From IMG/VR virus record IMGVR_UViG_2740892234_000019: 21,808 nucleotides of DNA; one strand, written 5' to 3'. Shown here piece after piece: positions 17,512-21,808 of the stretch. Source of the stretch: a virus (taxonomy: Duplodnaviria > Heunggongvirae > Uroviricota > Caudoviricetes). The translations under genes were made by a program, and so were the position numbers. Under the pieces are notes generated by a model, which saw only the letters and a list, made by a program, of their open reading frames with translations, made no database searches and was not told where the DNA came from. Every line of letters starts with the position of its first letter. The stretch's first letter is position 1.

Positions 17512-19449
17512 ATGGTATTTAAACACTACGATGTGGTCAGGGCGGCGTCGCCGTCAGATCTTGCGGAAAAGCTGACACAAAAACTGAAGGAGGGGGGGCA
17601 GCCATTTGGCAGCCCGGTGGCCATCACGCCTTATACTCTGATGCAGGCCATTGCGGCGGAAGGTGATGTCACCACACCTGTGTTGGTGAAGCCGTCGGAT
17701 GGAGAAGGCACAGTAATCAGCGCCACCAGAGACCCGGAGTATTACTTTGTTGTGGTTCTGGCGGGGCAGTCAAACAGCATGGCATATGGTGAAGGCCTTC
17801 CGCTGCCGGAGACATATGACCGTCCGGACCCGCGTATTAAGCAGCTGGCGCGCCGCAGTACGGTGACACCGGGCGGTGCAGCATGCAAATATAACGACAT
17901 CATTCCGGCGGACCATTGTCTGCATGATGTGCAGGACATGAGCCGTCTTAACCATCCGAAAGCGGACCTGTCAAAGGGGCAGTACGGAACCGTGGGGCAG
18001 GGGCTGCATATCGCCAAAAAACTGCTGCCGTTTATACCGGCGAATGCGGGCATTCTGCTGGTTCCGTGCTGTCGTGGTGGTTCAGCGTTCACCACCGGAG
18101 CCGATGGCACATACAGTGACGCGAGTGGTGCCTCGGAGAATTCAACCCGCTGGGGTGTGGACAAGCCGCTGTATAAGGACCTTATCGGTCGAACAAAAGC
18201 AGCACTGAAGAAGAATCCGAAAAATGTGCTGTTTGCCGTGGTGTGGATGCAGGGGGAATTTGATTTTGGCGGTACGCCGGTAAATCACGCCGCACAGTTT
18301 GGTGCGCTGGTTGATAAATTCCGTGCAGACCTGGCGGATATGGCAGGCCAGTGCGTCGGTGGCTCTGCTGGCGGTGTTCCCTGGATATGCGGGGACACGA
18401 CGTATTTCTGGAAGCAGAAGAACGAATCCACGTACCAGACGGTGTATGGCAGCTATAAAAACAAAACGGAAAAGAATATCCATTTCGTACCGTTCATGAC
18501 GGATGAGAACGGGGTGAATGTGCCGACGAACAAACCGGAAGAAGACCCGGACATTCCGGGTATCGGATATTACGGTTCGAAATGGCGTGACAGCTCAGCC
18601 ACCTGGACGTCACAGGACAGGGCGAGCCATTTCAGTTCATGGGCTCGCCGCGGGATTATTTCCGACCGTCTGGCAACGGCGATTTTGCGCCATGCGGGAA
18701 GAGTGGCGCTAAACGCGGGGGCATCATCGACAGTATCAGAGGTGCGCCCGTCATCGCCTTCCGGTGCAGAAGCCACAGGCGTCACAACACTGCTCTCTTA
18801 CCTTGCCAGCGAGTCAGAGGGAAGCCTGAAAGTACAGGGATGGTCAGCCAGTGGCGGCAGGGCAGAAGTGGTCAGCGATGCGGAGGGAACCGGAGGTAAG
18901 GCAGTGAAGCTGACCAAGGAAGCCGGTAAAAGCAGCTGGGTGCTGGAGTACGCCGCGGGCAACGGTGCGGCTCTGTTACAGAAAGGGGGGCAGATTCGCT
19001 GCCGCTTTAAGGTTTCGGGAGCGCTGGCTGCGAACCAGTATGTTATGGCGTTTTACTGGCCGGTATCTTCACTGCCACAGGGCGTTGCCCTGACCGGAGA
19101 CGGGGGGAATAACCTGCTGGCAGCGTTCTACATCCAGACAGATGCAAAAGACCTGAATGTGATGTACCACAATGCGAAAGTGGCGACAAACAACCTGAAA
19201 CTGGGAACCTTTGGCGCATTTGATAACGAATGGCATACGCTGGCTTTCCGCTTTGCCGGGAATAACAGCCTTCAGGTGACGCCGGTTATTGATGGTCAGG
19301 ATGGCACACCGTTCACGCTGACGCAGTCACCGGTCAGTGCCTTTGCGGCGGATAAACTGCATGTGACAGACATTACCAGAGGTGCGACTTACCCGGTACT
19401 GATAGACAGCATTGCGGTGGAAGTGAACAGCACAGACACTGCGGCATGA
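17512..19449 (+). CDS. nanS-p: Prophage sialate 9-O-acetylesterase (NanS-p type, SASA/DUF303 esterase domain plus C-terminal domain)
   Basis: GQSN esterase motif (VVVLAGQSNSMAYG). N-terminus MVFKHYDVVRAASP... and position between Q and the lysis genes match the esterase I recall from Stx/lambdoid prophages. Start ATG 17512 is preferred over the track TTG 17485. Confidence 0.75.
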   Translation: MVFKHYDVVRAASPSDLAEKLTQKLKEGGQPFGSPVAITPYTLMQAIAAEGDVTTPVLVKPSDGEGTVISATRDPEYYFVVVLAGQSNSMAYGEGLPLPETYDRPDPRIKQLARRSTVTPGGAACKYNDIIPADHCLHDVQDMSRLNHPKADLSKGQYGTVGQGLHIAKKLLPFIPANAGILLVPCCRGGSAFTTGADGTYSDASGASENSTRWGVDKPLYKDLIGRTKAALKKNPKNVLFAVVWMQGEFDFGGTPVNHAAQFGALVDKFRADLADMAGQCVGGSAGGVPWICGDTTYFWKQKNESTYQTVYGSYKNKTEKNIHFVPFMTDENGVNVPTNKPEEDPDIPGIGYYGSKWRDSSATWTSQDRASHFSSWARRGIISDRLATAILRHAGRVALNAGASSTVSEVRPSSPSGAEATGVTTLLSYLASESEGSLKVQGWSASGGRAEVVSDAEGTGGKAVKLTKEAGKSSWVLEYAAGNGAALLQKGGQIRCRFKVSGALAANQYVMAFYWPVSSLPQGVALTGDGGNNLLAAFYIQTDAKDLNVMYHNAKVATNNLKLGTFGAFDNEWHTLAFRFAGNNSLQVTPVIDGQDGTPFTLTQSPVSAFAADKLHVTDITRGATYPVLIDSIAVEVNSTDTAA

Positions 19450-19457
19450 TAAAAAAA

Positions 19458-19486
19458 CCGCCAGCGACAGGAATGGACGCTGGCGG
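19458..19486 (-). terminator. Hairpin with the T-run on the minus strand, immediately after the nanS-p stop
   Basis: CCGCCAGCG-11 nt-CGCTGGCGG preceded on the plus strand by a 7-A run (19451-19457). Terminator-like only for a leftward transcript. Confidence 0.3.
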
Positions 19487-19583
19487 TGGTGATACCTATG
19501 GAGAAAAAATAAAGGAACGATACTTTCGTACTCTGGTTTTTAATGAAAACAGTTCTTATTGTCAACAATAACGGAAAGAAATT

Positions 19584-19763
19584 ATGACATTTCTGAACCA
19601 GTTAATGCTGTACTTCTGTACGGTGGTCTGTGTGCTGTATCTCCTTTCGGGTGGGTACAGGGCCATGCGTGACTTCTGGCGCAGACAGATTGACAAAAGG
19701 GCCGCTGAGAAAATCAGCGCCAGTCAGTCAGCCGGAAGCAAACCCGAAGAGCCGCTCATTTAG
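19584..19763 (+). CDS. Small single-pass membrane protein (59 aa)
   Basis: ATG 19584 with GGAAAG upstream. Hydrophobic segment LMLYFCTVVCVLYLL followed by a charged tail. Below the track length cut-off. Confidence 0.35.
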   Translation: MTFLNQLMLYFCTVVCVLYLLSGGYRAMRDFWRRQIDKRAAEKISASQSAGSKPEEPLI

Positions 19764-19803
19764 CGGCAACTTTCTTAATCACACCTTTCGACGAGAAAAT
19801 CCC

Positions 19804-20076
19804 ATGTCAGAAATTACATCCCTGGTCACTGCAGAGGCAGTGAAGGAAGTCCTGCGCTCTGAAGAAGTCCTGAGCGCACTGAAACAAAAACTCCGCCAGA
19901 ATCTTGAGGCGCGTCTTGATGCAGAGGTTGATGCCATTCTGGATGAGCTGCTTGGTGTACAGGCAGAGCCACCGACTGAAGCGGGAGATACCACCGCAGA
20001 GAGCGGTGAAGTTCAGCCTGAATCACCGGTCGCCGATGCGACTGAACCTCAACCCGAATCGGTCATGATGCTGTAA
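19804..20076 (+). CDS. Small strongly acidic protein (about 90 aa)
   Basis: About 20 Asp/Glu against 6 Lys/Arg, predicted helical N-terminal half. The internal ATG 19804 is preferred because the upstream extension overlaps the small membrane ORF. Confidence 0.45.
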   Translation: MSEITSLVTAEAVKEVLRSEEVLSALKQKLRQNLEARLDAEVDAILDELLGVQAEPPTEAGDTTAESGEVQPESPVADATEPQPESVMML

Positions 20077-20087
20077 CGGGGAGTCAG

Positions 20088-20117
20088 GGCCATCAGTAAA
20101 CAGCTGCTGGCCTTTTT
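20088..20117 (+). terminator. Rho-independent terminator just upstream of the holin gene
   Basis: 9-bp stem GGCCATCAG / CTGCTGGCC (one mismatch), 7-nt loop, then TTTTT. Confidence 0.55.
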
Positions 20118-20152
20118 CATGTTGTGAGCTTCCGGATTGCGGGAGACGGGGT

Positions 20153-20368
20153 ATGTACCAGATGGAAAAAATCACAACAGGTGTGTCATACACCACGTCA
20201 GCGGTGGGAACGGGCTACTGGTTCCTGCAGTTGCTGGACAGGGTTTCCCCGTCTCAGTGGGCGGCAATAGGCGTGCTGGGGAGTCTGCTGTTTGGTCTGC
20301 TGACGTACCTGACGAACCTGTATTTCAAGATTAAAGAAGACCGGCGTAAGGCGGCGCGGGGAGAGTAA
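20153..20368 (+). CDS. Class II holin (phage 21 S-type pinholin)
   Basis: 71 aa, almost identical in pattern to the phage 21 S / EssD sequence I recall (...GYWFLQ ... [15 protein letters not shown] ... [21 protein letters not shown]). Dual-start motif MYQMEK. Confidence 0.85.
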   Translation: MYQMEKITTGVSYTTSAVGTGYWFLQLLDRVSPSQWAAIGVLGSLLFGLLTYLTNLYFKIKEDRRKAARGE

Positions 20369-20372
20369 GCTG

Positions 20373-20992
20373 ATGAGCAGGAAATTCCGCTATGGTTTAT
20401 CAGCGGTAGTTCTGGCGCTGATTGCCGCAGGTGCTTCTGCGCCTGAAATCCTCGACCAGTTTCTGGATGAAAAGGAAGGCAACCACACCACGGCATACCG
20501 TGATGGTGTGGGTATCTGGACCATCTGCCGTGGAGCCACCCGGGTGGATGGTAAGCCTGTTATTCCTGGCATGAAGCTGTCGAAGGGGAAATGCGACCAG
20601 GTTAACGCCATTGAGCGTGATAAGGCGCTGGCATGGNNNNNNNNNNGATTCCTGGCATGAAGCTGTCGAAGGAAAAATGCGACCGGGTTAACGCTATCGA
20701 ACGGGATAAGGCGCTGGCATGGGTGGCGAAGAACATCAGAGTGCCACTGACTGAACCCCAGAAAGCGGGTATTGCGTCATTCTGTCCTTACAACATTGGC
20801 CCAGGTAAGTGTTTCCCGTCGACGTTTTATAAACGAATTAATGCAGGAGATCGAAAAGGTGCCTGCGAAGCGATTCGCTGGTGGATTAAGGACGGTGGCA
20901 GAGACTGCCGTATTCGCTCAAATAACTGTTATGGTCAGGTCTCACGGCGTGACCAGGAGAGCGCGCTGGCGTGCTGGGGAATTGACAGATAA
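20373..20992 (+). CDS. SAR endolysin (T4-lysozyme-like, phage 21 R-type); interrupted by gap and diverged duplicate
   Basis: N-terminal signal-anchor-release segment GLSAVVLALIAAGASA; catalytic E-D-T region DEKEGNHTTAYRDGVGIWTICRGAT. 20647-20716 repeats the ~75 bp before the gap with mismatches, so the frame shifts across the junction. Confidence 0.8.
20637..20646. other. Assembly gap (N x10)
   Basis: Run of N flanked by a diverged duplicate. Confidence 0.95.
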
Positions 20993-21190
20993 GCAGAATA
21001 TTTTGCTGAAAAATGCGGTTTGCTCACACGGACGGATAACACAAAATCCTGCGAACTGACAAAAACTAAGTGAATAAAAGTAAAAACCCCATTTGTTGGC
21101 TGCAAGCGGGGTTTTGTGTTTCCTGACTCCGGAAAAGTCAAAGGAGAAAGTGTGTTTGATTTTAGCAAACTGATTCGGGAGATTCGAGTG

Positions 21191-21289
21191 ATGGCTGAAA
21201 AATTATCAACCTGGAAGTACATCCTTATCTGGCTGGTGTTTGTGATTATGGCCTCCGGTTATTTCATCGGTCAGATACGCTGGTGGTGA
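21191..21289 (+). CDS. Small hydrophobic ORF between endolysin and Rz (32 aa; 46 aa from GTG 21152 with AAGGAG RBS)
   Basis: Single hydrophobic segment WKYILIWLVFVIMASGYFIG. Speculative. Confidence 0.25.
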   Translation: MAEKLSTWKYILIWLVFVIMASGYFIGQIRWW

Positions 21290-21290
21290 A

Positions 21291-21370
21291 ATGAACCGCG
21301 TACTGTGCGTGGTCATCATTGCCCTGCTGGTGGCCTGTGGTGCGCTTAGTCTGGGGCTGAATCATTACCG
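21291..21370 (+). CDS. Rz i-spanin, 5' fragment truncated by gap
   Basis: MNRVLCVVIIALLVACGALSLGLNHY... matches the Rz N-terminal TM segment and NHYR motif; runs into the N gap at 21371. Confidence 0.6.
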
Positions 21371-21380
21371 NNNNNNNNNN
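21371..21380. other. Assembly gap (N x10)
   Basis: Run of N. Confidence 0.95.
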
Positions 21381-21429
21381 AAGACGTGACCAGGAGAGTG
21401 CGCTGTCATGCTGGGGTATCGACAGGTAA
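21381..21429 (+). other. 3' end of a second, diverged endolysin copy (...RDQESALSCWGIDR stop) and its downstream region
   Basis: 21381-21520 aligns with 20941-21080 with several substitutions. Confidence 0.45.
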
Positions 21430-21538
21430 GCAGAATATTTTGCTGAAAAATGACGTTGGCCAACGCGGGCAGATAACACGAAATCCTGCGAACTGGCAAA
21501 ATGTAAGTGAATAAAGTCAACAAGATTGTTTCATGAAG

Positions 21539-21566
21539 AGGCACCGTAATGGTGCCTTTGTCATTT
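21539..21566 (+). terminator. Putative rho-independent terminator
   Basis: AGGCACC-gtaat-GGTGCCT hairpin followed by a T-rich tract (TTTGTCATTT). Confidence 0.45.
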
Positions 21567-21703
21567 CTGCGCTTCGCACAAGCGTAAATAAACCAAAGAA
21601 CCTTTCAGGATGAGCCCTGGTGGATAACCGGCAGTGGTCTGGTTAACCCTCTTTGGGCTGGTTATTCCTGTGCGCAGGGTTCATCACTAAAAGGAAATAA
21701 CCG

Positions 21704-21808
21704 ATGAATATGATGACCGTGCCGTTTCACGGCGATTCTCTTTATGTGGTTAACCATAACGGCGAACCATACGTTCCCATGAAACCTGTCGTTGCGGGGA
21801 TGGGGCTG
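21704..21808 (+). CDS. 5' part of a phage gene (possibly antirepressor-like) running off the window
   Basis: ATG 21704 with AAAAGGAAA RBS; MNMMTVPFHGDSLYVVNHNGEPYVPMKPVVAGMGL...; open to the window end. Family guess is weak. Confidence 0.4.
   Translation, partial: MNMMTVPFHGDSLYVVNHNGEPYVPMKPVVAGMGL

Noticed and set aside
17742-18899. Several antisense or out-of-frame ORFs inside nanS-p (for example 17742-18164, 18142-18483, 18639-18899)
   Set aside because: Embedded in a long, motif-supported CDS; Arg/Ser-rich out-of-frame translations.
21264-21479. Minus ORF 21264-21479 spanning the last gap
   Set aside because: Antisense to the Rz start and the endolysin-copy fragment, and it reads through the N run.
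5506-21520. Repeated segments considered as a possible CRISPR array or tandem repeats
   Set aside because: The repeats are 75-300 bp, diverged, coding, and each abuts an N10 gap, so they are assembly-overlap or paralog artefacts, not short direct repeats with spacers.

Overview
This window reads as the left arm through the lysis cassette of a lambdoid (E. coli-type) prophage, interrupted by eight 10-N assembly gaps. Left to right: an att-proximal P4-type tyrosine integrase (+), a strongly AT-rich 710-aa cargo gene with a caspase-like (CHAT-type) His/Cys dyad, an excisionase-like gene and a leftward early operon (yfdP/Q/R/S-like block), an immunity region (CI-type S24 repressor, Cro-like gene, four 18-bp operator near-palindromes in divergent pL/pR promoters), an O-like replication gene with internal iterons, a nin-like block (Dam-family methyltransferase, LexA DNA-binding-domain-only protein, RusA, KilA-N protein, DUF968/HNH-like protein), antiterminator Q with a downstream terminator, a second gapped methyltransferase, a 1.2-kb AT-rich low-coding stretch, a NanS-p-type sialate O-acetylesterase, two small proteins, and a phage-21-type lysis cassette (pinholin, SAR endolysin, Rz fragment). 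The most likely novel element is the stand-alone CHAT/caspase-like protein between int and xis, a candidate single-gene defence or exclusion module. All family assignments come from motif recognition by eye; no searches were run. Most gaps are flanked by diverged (not identical) duplicated segments, so the window looks like a scaffold of contigs from paralogous prophages, and gene models at junctions are unreliable.
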